64,000 nt of DNA from Rhizobiaceae bacterium. GTDB lineage: Bacteria > Pseudomonadota > Alphaproteobacteria > Rhizobiales > Rhizobiaceae. Below the pieces are notes generated by a model. It was not told the DNA's origin, searched no databases, and saw only the letters and a list, made by a program, of their open reading frames with translations. The stretch is taken from NCBI GenBank assembly GCA_017640615.1, contig JAEPQK010000007.1, positions 104,407 to 168,406 of the forward strand. The letters are read 5' to 3'. A program made the translations under genes and the position numbers. Positions 28,768-37,108 of this stretch are shown piece after piece (within the stretch, counting starts at the first letter, position 1; each line of letters starts with the position of its first letter).

Positions 28768-29340
28768 ATGACAGTCACTCTCATTGCACTCGTCGTTCTC
28801 GGTTTCGTCGTCATCCAGAACCGGCTGGCGAGCGCACAGAACGCGGTCTATTCGGGCTTCTCCACGATCGAGGTTCAGCTCAAGCGGCGACACGATCTGG
28901 TTCCAGCACTTGTCAGCTCCGTTCGCAGCGCGATCACACAGGAAAACAAACTGTTCGACACCATTCTCGCTGTTCGCGAGAAGGCCGTACAGGCCGTCGG
29001 TCAGGGCAAGCTGGACGAGATGAAAGAGGCCGAGGCCGAGCTGTCTGCGTCTTTGCGGACGTTCTTCGGATACGCGGAAGATCACCCCGAGGTGACCTCG
29101 ACCACGAACATTCTTGAGCTACAGAAGCAGCTTGAGGAGGCCGAGGACCAGATCAGCGCCGCCCGGCGGCTCTACAATGGCAATGTCCAACGCTTCAACA
29201 CAATGCTGGATGCGATCCCCTCCAACTGGGTAGCCGGCCTTCTCCGGATGAAGAAAGCCGAGTTTTTCGCACTATCGGATTCGGAAGCCAAAGCCGCTCA
29301 TACGATGCCGAAGATCGAATTGCCAGGCGCTCAAGGATGA
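28768..29340 (+). CDS. lemA: LemA-family protein
   Basis: N-terminal TM; IEVQLKRRHDLVPALV, AEDHPE, LEEAEDQISAARRLYN, IPSNWVA. Confidence 0.93.
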   Translation: MTVTLIALVVLGFVVIQNRLASAQNAVYSGFSTIEVQLKRRHDLVPALVSSVRSAITQENKLFDTILAVREKAVQAVGQGKLDEMKEAEAELSASLRTFFGYAEDHPEVTSTTNILELQKQLEEAEDQISAARRLYNGNVQRFNTMLDAIPSNWVAGLLRMKKAEFFALSDSEAKAAHTMPKIELPGAQG

Positions 29341-30368
29341 GTGCGGCGAAAACCCACTGGGACCCCATACGCGGCACAATCGACATCGAAACCCCCGATA
29401 TCGCCAATATCAGAAAGAGTATCGCCGTCCCGCCAATCATATCGCGGATTCTGCTGTTCGCTGCGCTCGCGAGCGTGCTTCTGGTGTTTGTGGAAGGGAT
29501 CATCCAGGGCGACTTTCCCTTCATTTCGGTTGCGGTCACGACGGTGATCTGGGGCCTGTTTCTCGGCGCCAGCCACCTTGAAAACGAAGACGGCCGCAAG
29601 ACAATCCGCCGCGTAAAGCTCGCCAGAAACAAGGGCTGGTCCTACACCGGCGCGTTGATGGAGCGCGTGCGCGAGTTCCAGACGGCGTGGAAAAGCGACG
29701 GCGCGGAACGCACGACACGCCTCGTCAAATCGGAGCGGGCACGTGCCGTCGAGGCCAAGCTTCCAGAGCTGACCAAGGTCCGGCTCGGCGCGTTTGTCGG
29801 CGCGCAGTTCGATGGTGAATTCTGGGGCGAAAGCAGCGAAGACGGGCTTCCGCTCTGGTTTGCCGTAGGCTCGATGCGGATGGAGGCGGGTCTCGCCTTC
29901 AACGCCGATTTGCGGCAAGACGCCTTTGGCGGCAAGGGCGGGTACGGCCAGTTCTTTTCGTTGCTCGGCGCCTACAGAATTGACCGCAAGACCGGCGTGC
30001 GCGCGACCATCATGCCGGAAAACATATTCAACAAGGGGCCGCTCGATCGCGACATCAAGACAGAGTCGGTCGCGTTCAACGAGGCGTTCAATATTTCGGG
30101 ACGCCGCAAGGACGATACATCCGGCAAAGCCGATCCAACGCTCGATGTGTTGCGCATCCTTACGCCGGCAACGCAGGATTCCATGCTGTCGCTCAGCGAG
30201 CGCTACCACAATATCGGGTTCGTGCTCGATGACGATGTCCTCTTCTTCATGGCGCAGGACAAGGTGGTCGGCAAGAACGCGACCCAAGATCGGATCGACA
30301 CGCTGCTTGTCAGTATTTTCGAGGATTTTGAGAAAGCGAAACTCGGCATCAAGCGCTACGTCGAGTAA
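29337..30368 (+). CDS. Hypothetical 2-TM membrane protein, distant DUF3137-like
   Basis: Two TMs; IKTESVAFNEAFNI...LRILTP resembles the DUF3137 core; ATGA-coupled to lemA. Confidence 0.7.
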   Translation: MSAAKTHWDPIRGTIDIETPDIANIRKSIAVPPIISRILLFAALASVLLVFVEGIIQGDFPFISVAVTTVIWGLFLGASHLENEDGRKTIRRVKLARNKGWSYTGALMERVREFQTAWKSDGAERTTRLVKSERARAVEAKLPELTKVRLGAFVGAQFDGEFWGESSEDGLPLWFAVGSMRMEAGLAFNADLRQDAFGGKGGYGQFFSLLGAYRIDRKTGVRATIMPENIFNKGPLDRDIKTESVAFNEAFNISGRRKDDTSGKADPTLDVLRILTPATQDSMLSLSERYHNIGFVLDDDVLFFMAQDKVVGKNATQDRIDTLLVSIFEDFEKAKLGIKRYVE

Positions 30369-30410
30369 GCCACCCTCAACATTTGTAACATTACCTCTAT
30401 ATGTTTTTTC

Positions 30411-30479
30411 GTGAACGGGTTTATGAATGGCTCGTTCATAAGCAGTTCACTGACCAGAACCTAGTTTTGGTTCTGGAGA
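30411..30479 (+). promoter_or_regulatory. Two tandem inverted repeats in the leader of the LuxR fusion gene; the second abuts or overlaps the SD
   Basis: GTGAAC..TTATGAA/TTCATAA..GTTCAC (30411-30450) and CCAGAACC/GGTTCTGG (30454-30476); SD GGAGA at 30475-30479. Confidence 0.5.
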
Positions 30480-30486
30480 AACATAT

Positions 30487-32292
30487 ATGGAATCCAGATA
30501 CTTACCGCGCGCGAATGCGCCCACATTGTTTTTTAGAACCTGGAAAAGCAAGCCTGGCCCGACCGGCAGCCGGACGAAACGGTCGGTATTCATCGGCCAT
30601 AGCCAACCAACGCATTCTGGCATGATCGAAGGGATCGCGCGCGGATTTCACCGCGCCGGCTGGAACGCGTTCTCCGGCGATATTCGCGGGCACGGCAACA
30701 GCACAGACAAGGATTTCCTGCTCGGTCATCTCAGCGAGCAGGATGGCTGGGGTGAAGCAATCGAAGACATGCGGCTCTTCCTGGAGAAGAGCTTCGAAGG
30801 CGTTGCCTGGGAAGACAGGCTGATTGTTGTGCCCAACATCACCGCGTTGCTGACGCTTGAGGTGATGAAGGACTGGCCGGACCTGGCGCAGCATGTTGTG
30901 CTGATCTCGCCCGTGCCCAACCAGAAGACGCTCGCTCTGTTCGGCAAGGCGTTCACGCAGGTCCGGCTTCGGCTGCGAGGCCCGCGCGAGCCTGACGACC
31001 AAGCATTGCACCATCTCTACACATTTCTCGGAAGCCACTTGAAGGACCGTCAGCACCTGGCGGATGTGATGTCCTCCGACCGGGCCGTCATCCAGAAGGT
31101 GATCGACGACCCGCTGGCATGGCCGACCCCGACCGCATCCTATTGGGCGAGCATCTTCAGCGGCATGCTCTCGGCCTGGAGATGGCCGCGCGGGGCCCGT
31201 GTGAAAGCCGGCACGCGGTTTCTGATAATGTTCGGCGGCGAAGATGCGATGTTGCGCGACGGCGGGTTTCTGGCGCCGATCGAGCGGTTCTTGAGTGGTA
31301 TCGGCGTCGACGATGTTGCTTCTGAGCGCGTCCAGGGCGCTCGCTCGGCACTCTTTCTGGAAGAGGAAAAGTTCAACATCAGCGGCCGGATACTGGACTG
31401 GACCGAGAATCGCAGCCGGCCGAGGGCCGACAATGAGGAGGTCGATGTCGAGCAGATGGCCTCAAGCATGCTTGCGCAGTTCGACAATTTCCGCAGCAGC
31501 AACCTCAGCCCGGATGAACTGGTCGAGCTCTGTTACAACGCCGTCGACGACGAAAGCCGCTGGACCGAGCTCATCTACCGGATGATCTATGAGGCGGAGC
31601 GTTCCGGCGATGCGAGCGAGGAGGAAATCCAGTCGCGCATCAGCCGCGTGATGCCTCACTGGGAGCGCGCCTATAACATCAACCGTCAGGTGATGATGAG
31701 CGCTACACTTGGCGTGCTTTTGCAGGGCGTCATCGAGCGCCTGCAAATCGGCGTGGCGATCCTCGACAAGGAAGGCCACCTGCTGCACGCCAACACCGCC
31801 TACGACGCTGCGGTTGCCAGACTCTTCGGCGGAGCGCAGATGGGAGCCACGACCTGTGTTTCGAAAGCGACGCAGGATTTGCTTTCATCGAGTGTGGCGA
31901 CCGACAGGTCCGGCAGGCCGTCGGAACGGATCATACTGCACGAAGACCGACCGGTCGGCTTTCAGTTTCACCCTGAAGCGCTCAAGCAAACCGGGCTGCA
32001 GAGGCAGGGACCGGCGAGCATTCTCGTGCTGCGTTCGGCAGATGTGGCCGAGCAGGCCAGCGATACACGCCGCGTTCTCGCCGAACTCGCCTATGGCCTG
32101 ACCAGCAAGGAAGCCGAGATCGCGCTTGCCGTTGCCGGTGGGCAAAGCCTGGACGACATAGCCGGGAAAATGGGCATTCTCGTCAGCACCGTCCGCGGGC
32201 ATCTGAAAAAGAGCTTTCACAAGATGGCCGTCCACAGCCAGGCCGAGCTTGCGGCCCGCATCATGTCCGGGCCGCTCGGGTGGCTCAAATAG
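30487..32292 (+). CDS. Degenerate alpha/beta-hydrolase-PAS-LuxR HTH fusion regulator
   Basis: DIRGHG..LGHL..GW lysophospholipase-like N-terminal half; GVAILDKEGHLLHAN PAS start; GLTSKEAEIALAVAGGQSLDDIAGKMGILVSTVRGHLK LuxR HTH. Confidence 0.85.
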   Translation: MESRYLPRANAPTLFFRTWKSKPGPTGSRTKRSVFIGHSQPTHSGMIEGIARGFHRAGWNAFSGDIRGHGNSTDKDFLLGHLSEQDGWGEAIEDMRLFLEKSFEGVAWEDRLIVVPNITALLTLEVMKDWPDLAQHVVLISPVPNQKTLALFGKAFTQVRLRLRGPREPDDQALHHLYTFLGSHLKDRQHLADVMSSDRAVIQKVIDDPLAWPTPTASYWASIFSGMLSAWRWPRGARVKAGTRFLIMFGGEDAMLRDGGFLAPIERFLSGIGVDDVASERVQGARSALFLEEEKFNISGRILDWTENRSRPRADNEEVDVEQMASSMLAQFDNFRSSNLSPDELVELCYNAVDDESRWTELIYRMIYEAERSGDASEEEIQSRISRVMPHWERAYNINRQVMMSATLGVLLQGVIERLQIGVAILDKEGHLLHANTAYDAAVARLFGGAQMGATTCVSKATQDLLSSSVATDRSGRPSERIILHEDRPVGFQFHPEALKQTGLQRQGPASILVLRSADVAEQASDTRRVLAELAYGLTSKEAEIALAVAGGQSLDDIAGKMGILVSTVRGHLKKSFHKMAVHSQAELAARIMSGPLGWLK

Positions 32293-32310
32293 CCTGTTCA
32301 ACCGGATGCC

Positions 32311-32793
32311 TCAGCACCCGTCCGCGGACGCGGTGAAGTATGAGGTGATCGTGTTTCGCGTCTTGCCGGAATCAGGATCGAAGTTCTGGATGAAGAACTC
32401 CATGTTCTGACGCACGCCAGCGCCAAGAGATTTGCCCGAAAAGGTGAACGTGTACGCCTGCTTGACGGATTTGAAATTTTTGTAGGCCTGCCATTTCGGA
32501 TTGATCGTGGAGTTCTCAGCTCGCCTCATTTGGACGTCGAAGGAACCGCATTTCCCGTTCTTGCAGTTCTTGATTCGTGCCTTGCATTGATTGTTGGCTT
32601 CGAAAAAGAAGACGGTTTTGGTTACGCGGTCGCGGTGCGTGGTCGCATAACATCCGACCGGCGACGGCATGTCGAAACGGGCGCAGCCATTGTTGATCGC
32701 GCCGCTCTGTGCACTCACCGGCTGGGCGGACACGAGTGCCAAAACCAGCCCCGCTGAAATCGAAAATCCTGCCCCAAAAAATCGAATTGTCAT
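32311..32793 (-). CDS. Small secreted basic Cys-rich hypothetical protein
   Basis: Signal peptide ending VSA-Q; 6 Cys; SD GGAG upstream. Confidence 0.75.
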   Translation of the reverse strand: MTIRFFGAGFSISAGLVLALVSAQPVSAQSGAINNGCARFDMPSPVGCYATTHRDRVTKTVFFFEANNQCKARIKNCKNGKCGSFDVQMRRAENSTINPKWQAYKNFKSVKQAYTFTFSGKSLGAGVRQNMEFFIQNFDPDSGKTRNTITSYFTASADGC

Positions 32794-32862
32794 CTCAAAT
32801 AATCTCCGTTCGTTGCGAATTTCCCTTCGCGCGGAGACTAAGACTTTGACGTCGATGGCCCC

Positions 32863-32879
32863 TCTCCCAAATGGGTGAG
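32863..32879 (-). promoter_or_regulatory. 17-bp motif copy 3 (minus strand CTCACCCATTTGGGAGA)
   Basis: About 70 bp upstream of ATG 32793 and oriented with that gene. Confidence 0.7.
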
Positions 32880-32896
32880 ATCGACCAATTCAACGG

Positions 32897-34117
32897 CTAC
32901 TTGCAGACGATGTAGCTGAAAGCCTGGCAGGCGCCACCCTCGCAATGGGTTCCCGCGCTCATGGCCCTGCTCGCGGTTGTGACACCGTAGCAGAGGGCGC
33001 CGATGCTGCGGGCCTTTGCCAAACAGAAAAGATTCGCCGCAGGCAGTCCGCAATCAGCGGCGTTGCTATTGCCTGCCAAGCAGGTCGAGACGGCAATCCC
33101 CGGCATCAGGCTGGGCGCTTCGAAAAGCCGACCCGGGCAAGGCGTCTCGGAATACCCTTCCCATTGGGTATATGCTGGAGCCGGACCGCTTTCCTTTGCC
33201 TCGTCTTCCCCGAAGAGATCGATGGGTTTGTCGCCCTCGATGGTCGACAGGTCGATGGGCTCTTTGCCTCCGCCATCATCGAAAAGGTCGATCTCTTCCC
33301 CATCGGAGTTTGCGACGTCCTCCTCATCGAACAGTTCGATCGGTTTGTCAGGATCGCCTTCGGCGGGATTGGTGTCGCGTCCATAGGCGTCGGGATAGGC
33401 TTGCTCATACGCTTCGGCGGCGTCGGCCTGAGTGCTCAAGCCGAGTAGAACCTTCGCGCTGTCGGAATCGACAGCCAGTCCCTCACAGCCGAACCCGGCT
33501 GCGCAGCGCAACATGTCCTGATTGTCCACGGTTTCCTGCGGTGTGTGCTCGAGCGCGTCCAGATCGACCGGATTGCCTTTATCGCCCTCGGAGCCGTAGG
33601 CATCGTTGGCGTAAGCTTCGGGATATTCCTGGGCGTAGAGATCACGCGCCTCTGAAACATTGTTTACGCCGGCGAGAACCTTCGCGTCGCCGGCGTTGAC
33701 GTCCAGGCCCTCGCACCCGTAGCCCGCCGCGCAGCGCAGGAGGTCTTGTTCGTCGACCGTTTCCCGGGATGTTTGCTCGATTGCGTCCAGATCGACAGTC
33801 TGCGAGCTTTCTGCATCCCAGTCCTGACTTTCGACGTGATCAGGCTGTTGCTTCGCCTGAGCCTCGTCGGAAAACGCATCCTCGACATAGGCTTCAGGAT
33901 ATGAGGCGGCGTAATCGTCTCGCGCAGCCTCCGCATTGGCGAGACCGAGCGCGGAGCGCGCCTCCTCGGGCGTCGAGGAGAGGCCGGTGCAGCCGAAGCC
34001 GGCGGCGCACCGGAGCTCTTCCTTGACGCCTGGAACCTGCTGCGCGAAAGCCGCCCCAACCACAACAAGCAAGGCGGCGCAGCACGAGGCCGGCCAACGC
34101 CAGGACCAGACACTCAT
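32897..34117 (-). CDS. Secreted acidic protein with three RCAAG(F/Y)GC repeats and a Cys-rich C-terminal domain
   Basis: ATGA overlap at 34114-34117; signal peptide ending AFA-Q; internal repeats visible. Confidence 0.8.
   Translation of the reverse strand: MSVWSWRWPASCCAALLVVVGAAFAQQVPGVKEELRCAAGFGCTGLSSTPEEARSALGLANAEAARDDYAASYPEAYVEDAFSDEAQAKQQPDHVESQDWDAESSQTVDLDAIEQTSRETVDEQDLLRCAAGYGCEGLDVNAGDAKVLAGVNNVSEARDLYAQEYPEAYANDAYGSEGDKGNPVDLDALEHTPQETVDNQDMLRCAAGFGCEGLAVDSDSAKVLLGLSTQADAAEAYEQAYPDAYGRDTNPAEGDPDKPIELFDEEDVANSDGEEIDLFDDGGGKEPIDLSTIEGDKPIDLFGEDEAKESGPAPAYTQWEGYSETPCPGRLFEAPSLMPGIAVSTCLAGNSNAADCGLPAANLFCLAKARSIGALCYGVTTASRAMSAGTHCEGGACQAFSYIVCK
33380..34015 (-). repeat. Three intragenic ~50-aa repeats: LRCAAG(F/Y)GC(T/E)GL...A...(L/A)G......A...Y...YP(E/D)AY
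   Basis: Direct comparison of the three translated units; boundaries approximate. Confidence 0.85.
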
Positions 34118-36123
34118 TGGCCGATGCTCTCGATGGCGAAGTTGTCGAGGTAGAAGTGGCTCTCGCCGGGAGCGCCCTTGTGCCACTGACCAACGAAGAT
34201 GCTCGGTTTGCCGGACAGTCTCAGCGCAGTGATCGGCTCGCTCTCAATCGAGAAATTACGCGCTTCGCGATCCTCGAATGCCGGCAGCACCATTTCGAGC
34301 GCCGCGGTGACTTGGCGTCCCCGCCGCTTAAGCCTCATAACAGCGCCCTCTTCGTGCAGCGCACGAAAGATGGCGTCGGCGTAAGGGCGGCCTTTGCCGC
34401 AGATATCGTCCACCATCGGGCCGCCAAACAGTGACGTATCGAATGCTGTCTTTTCCGGCTTGGATCTTTCAGCGCCGGCAAGCTTGATCAGCGATAGATG
34501 GATGGCTGGGCCACAGCCCTTCCAATCGGTCCACAATGCCGCGCCGATCTGGTTGTTGGCATCTTCCATGAGCGATAGCCAAATGTGTTCCCGTCCAGTC
34601 TGGAGGACCAGGCGGGCGTCCAGGACGAGGTCGAAGTCGCCATCAGGCAAGGCCTTGTCGAGCACGAAGCGGTTGATTGCGTCCTGCTTGTCATAGTGGT
34701 TGTGCTCGCCTGCCACGGCGACAAACATGGCGCCTTTGCTGTCCAGCGCCTTCAGCTTCCGGTTCTCGTTGATAAACGACCATGCTTCGCTGATTTCCGG
34801 GCCGTCGAAGGTTTCGACAAAATATGCCTCCTGCTGCGGGGGCGGTGCTGGCTGCTCAACTTCCTTGGTCGCGGCGACCGCCTCATTGACCGCCTCGACG
34901 AACTCCTCGGCGTTGTTGGCTGTGTAATAGTTGCCATTGCCCTCGTCCGCGATGCATTGCAATGCGCGGTTCTCCTCATCCGTGAGATCGAAACCAACGA
35001 CATGAACGCGCGTCTTGATGCCCTGGCTGGCGAGCGCCTTAGCTGCAGCGCAGGGATCGCCTCCGCAAGTTTCAAGGCCGTCCGAAATCAGGAGGATATT
35101 CGCCTGCCGGTCGGCCGCCGGGAACACGCCTGCGGCCGCTTCCAGCGTGCGTGCGATAGGGGTTTTGCCACGCGGCGTGATGCCGTTGATTGCCAGACCG
35201 ACCGCCTCCGGCGCGTGGTTCGCCACCGGCAACAATGTCTCGATATCGCCGCAGTCTCCTTCGCGACGGTGTCCGTATGCCATCAAGCCGACATTGGTTT
35301 GCCCGCTCAGGTCGCTGAGCAGGCCGGATAGCGCCTGTTTGGCGGTTGAAATCTTGGCCGTGCCGTCGATCTGCCCCCACATCGAGCCGGAACCGTCGAG
35401 AATGAAAAGCAGGTCGCTGCCCGTCCCGTCATTGGTGTAGGCTGGCGTATCGCCCTGCTCCATGCCGATATCTGCATCCGGGTCGGCGGTGCCGGCCTCG
35501 GCCATTGCGCTTTCTTCATTCATGTGGGCGGGCAAATCGCCTTCTTCCATGCCGGATTCATTTGCGCCTGCCTGCCCGCCCGCCGGCGGGTCAAACAGCG
35601 TGATCTCGGTTGCCGGATCGCAGGCGACATTCGGGATGCCGGCATCGCGCATGAGTTCGGTCAAAGACCAGCCGTCATCGTCGGAATAAATGTCGCTGAT
35701 CTGCCACTCGCCGTTTGCCGCCTTTATCAGGGTGTAGACGAAAGACCGTTGCGCACCGAAATTCGTGAAATCGAGGCGGATTTGCGTAGCTCCGCGAAAC
35801 ATCGGCATGTCGGGATCGGGATAGACCTTCAGCCCGGCGATCTCGGCATCCTGCGCGCCATAGACCGGGTCAAAGCCGAGCTTGCCCTGAAGGCCGTCGA
35901 CGGCCAGGCAATCGACGAAGAAACGCGAAATCATGCCGGCTTCGTTCATCAGAGGCGCATCGTTTGCCTTGAACCGCGCCGTGTGTTTGGCGAACAGAAG
36001 CCGGACGACGTCGCTCGCCTTGCCGAGCTCCTGATCCTGGGCCATCGCAGGCGTTACAATCGCGCCGGCGAGCGTTACGCCGAGCGCGAATATGGTCGTC
36101 GAAATAGCTTTCTTGAGCATCAT
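34114..36123 (-). CDS. Secreted multidomain protein: DUF3828/YbjP-like + vWA + C-terminal beta-sandwich
   Basis: Signal peptide; FDPVYGAQD...WQISDI; MIDAS LDGSGSM..TP..SDG with CGGDPC; beta-rich C-terminus. Confidence 0.8.
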   Translation of the reverse strand: MMLKKAISTTIFALGVTLAGAIVTPAMAQDQELGKASDVVRLLFAKHTARFKANDAPLMNEAGMISRFFVDCLAVDGLQGKLGFDPVYGAQDAEIAGLKVYPDPDMPMFRGATQIRLDFTNFGAQRSFVYTLIKAANGEWQISDIYSDDDGWSLTELMRDAGIPNVACDPATEITLFDPPAGGQAGANESGMEEGDLPAHMNEESAMAEAGTADPDADIGMEQGDTPAYTNDGTGSDLLFILDGSGSMWGQIDGTAKISTAKQALSGLLSDLSGQTNVGLMAYGHRREGDCGDIETLLPVANHAPEAVGLAINGITPRGKTPIARTLEAAAGVFPAADRQANILLISDGLETCGGDPCAAAKALASQGIKTRVHVVGFDLTDEENRALQCIADEGNGNYYTANNAEEFVEAVNEAVAATKEVEQPAPPPQQEAYFVETFDGPEISEAWSFINENRKLKALDSKGAMFVAVAGEHNHYDKQDAINRFVLDKALPDGDFDLVLDARLVLQTGREHIWLSLMEDANNQIGAALWTDWKGCGPAIHLSLIKLAGAERSKPEKTAFDTSLFGGPMVDDICGKGRPYADAIFRALHEEGAVMRLKRRGRQVTAALEMVLPAFEDREARNFSIESEPITALRLSGKPSIFVGQWHKGAPGESHFYLDNFAIESIGQ

Positions 36124-36141
36124 GTCGGGAGCCTTTCCAGT

Positions 36142-37050
36142 CTACTCGACTGCAACAATCGTGAAGTCTTCGAAGAGCGCGCTCGTCTCCCCGCTTCTGG
36201 CCTTTCTCGACTGGCCGAGCATGAAAAAGGGCTGGCCGAACGGCGTCACGCGCGAAACGGAATAAGTCGATACCCGCTGCAGCCCGCCCGGGCTGTCGCC
36301 ATGCGGCGGCACCTCAACCGCGATGGTCGCGAAATAGCGGAACCCGCGGCGCGAAAGAGTGAGCTTGAACGCGGCCTCGCCGAGGTTCGCGATAATCTCG
36401 TCGCCGACTGCTCGCGGCCCCTTGCTGCAGATGCCGTCGATAATCGGACCGTCAAGAAGATTGTCCGTGAATGAGGTGACGACAGGCTTGTCGCCCTCGG
36501 CCAGACTGCGCCTGTTTTCCACACGCAGATAGAGGCTGGCGCCACAGCCCTTGGTGTAGACATTGAGATTGGCTGCGAGATAGTTTTCGGCATCCGCCCG
36601 CAGCCCCACCCAGACATCCTCGTAGCCCGTCTTGGCGTCGAGCGTCAGGCTGGCGGTCATGTCGAAATCGGTGTCCGGCATGATCCCGTTGACGAGAAAA
36701 ATGTTGTCGGTTTCGACCGTTGCCGGGTGCGCTTTGCCGCCGGCCTGAAGGGCGAAGATCGCGCCGCCGTCGGGTACATATTTGTCCTGATTTTCGTTGA
36801 CGACCGTCCAGTCCTCGGCCAGCTGGCGGCCATCGAATGTGTCGCTGAAGGGCAAGCGGACTTCCGGCAGAACGACCTCTTCACCAATGACAACGTCTGA
36901 CGCCGCAAGGCGCGCTTTTTCCTCTTCCGAAAGCGTTTCTTGTGCCGGTGCGGCTAGAGTGCCCGCCAGTAGTGTGGCGGCTGCGAGGCCAAAAACTTGC
37001 CGTTTCAACCCGCGGTGAACGCCGGGCACGGAATAGCTTTCCAAACGCAT
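36142..37050 (-). CDS. Secreted hypothetical protein, paralogous to the C-terminal domain of the vWA protein
   Basis: Shared FxxTFDG..W..xNEN, PDxDFD, KGCG, GPxxDxICxKG and L.RRG motifs; SD CAGGAG. Confidence 0.8.
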   Translation of the reverse strand: MRLESYSVPGVHRGLKRQVFGLAAATLLAGTLAAPAQETLSEEEKARLAASDVVIGEEVVLPEVRLPFSDTFDGRQLAEDWTVVNENQDKYVPDGGAIFALQAGGKAHPATVETDNIFLVNGIMPDTDFDMTASLTLDAKTGYEDVWVGLRADAENYLAANLNVYTKGCGASLYLRVENRRSLAEGDKPVVTSFTDNLLDGPIIDGICSKGPRAVGDEIIANLGEAAFKLTLSRRGFRYFATIAVEVPPHGDSPGGLQRVSTYSVSRVTPFGQPFFMLGQSRKARSGETSALFEDFTIVAVE

Positions 37051-37108
37051 CTGGTCACGTCTCCTGTCTTGAGATCGTGACCGCCTAACAAGCTGCCTGC
37101 CAGGATAC

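Noticed and set aside
30370..30387. CACCCTCAACATTTG as a fifth copy of the 17-bp motif
   Set aside because: Only the left half resembles the motif; the TGGGAGA half is absent.
30595..30609. GHSQP as the hydrolase nucleophile elbow
   Set aside because: It lies before DxRGHG, at the position of the oxyanion HG loop, not at the elbow after strand 5.
33380..34015. CRISPR-like or DNA-level repeat array
   Set aside because: The repeats are diverged, in-frame protein repeats without a repeat-spacer structure.
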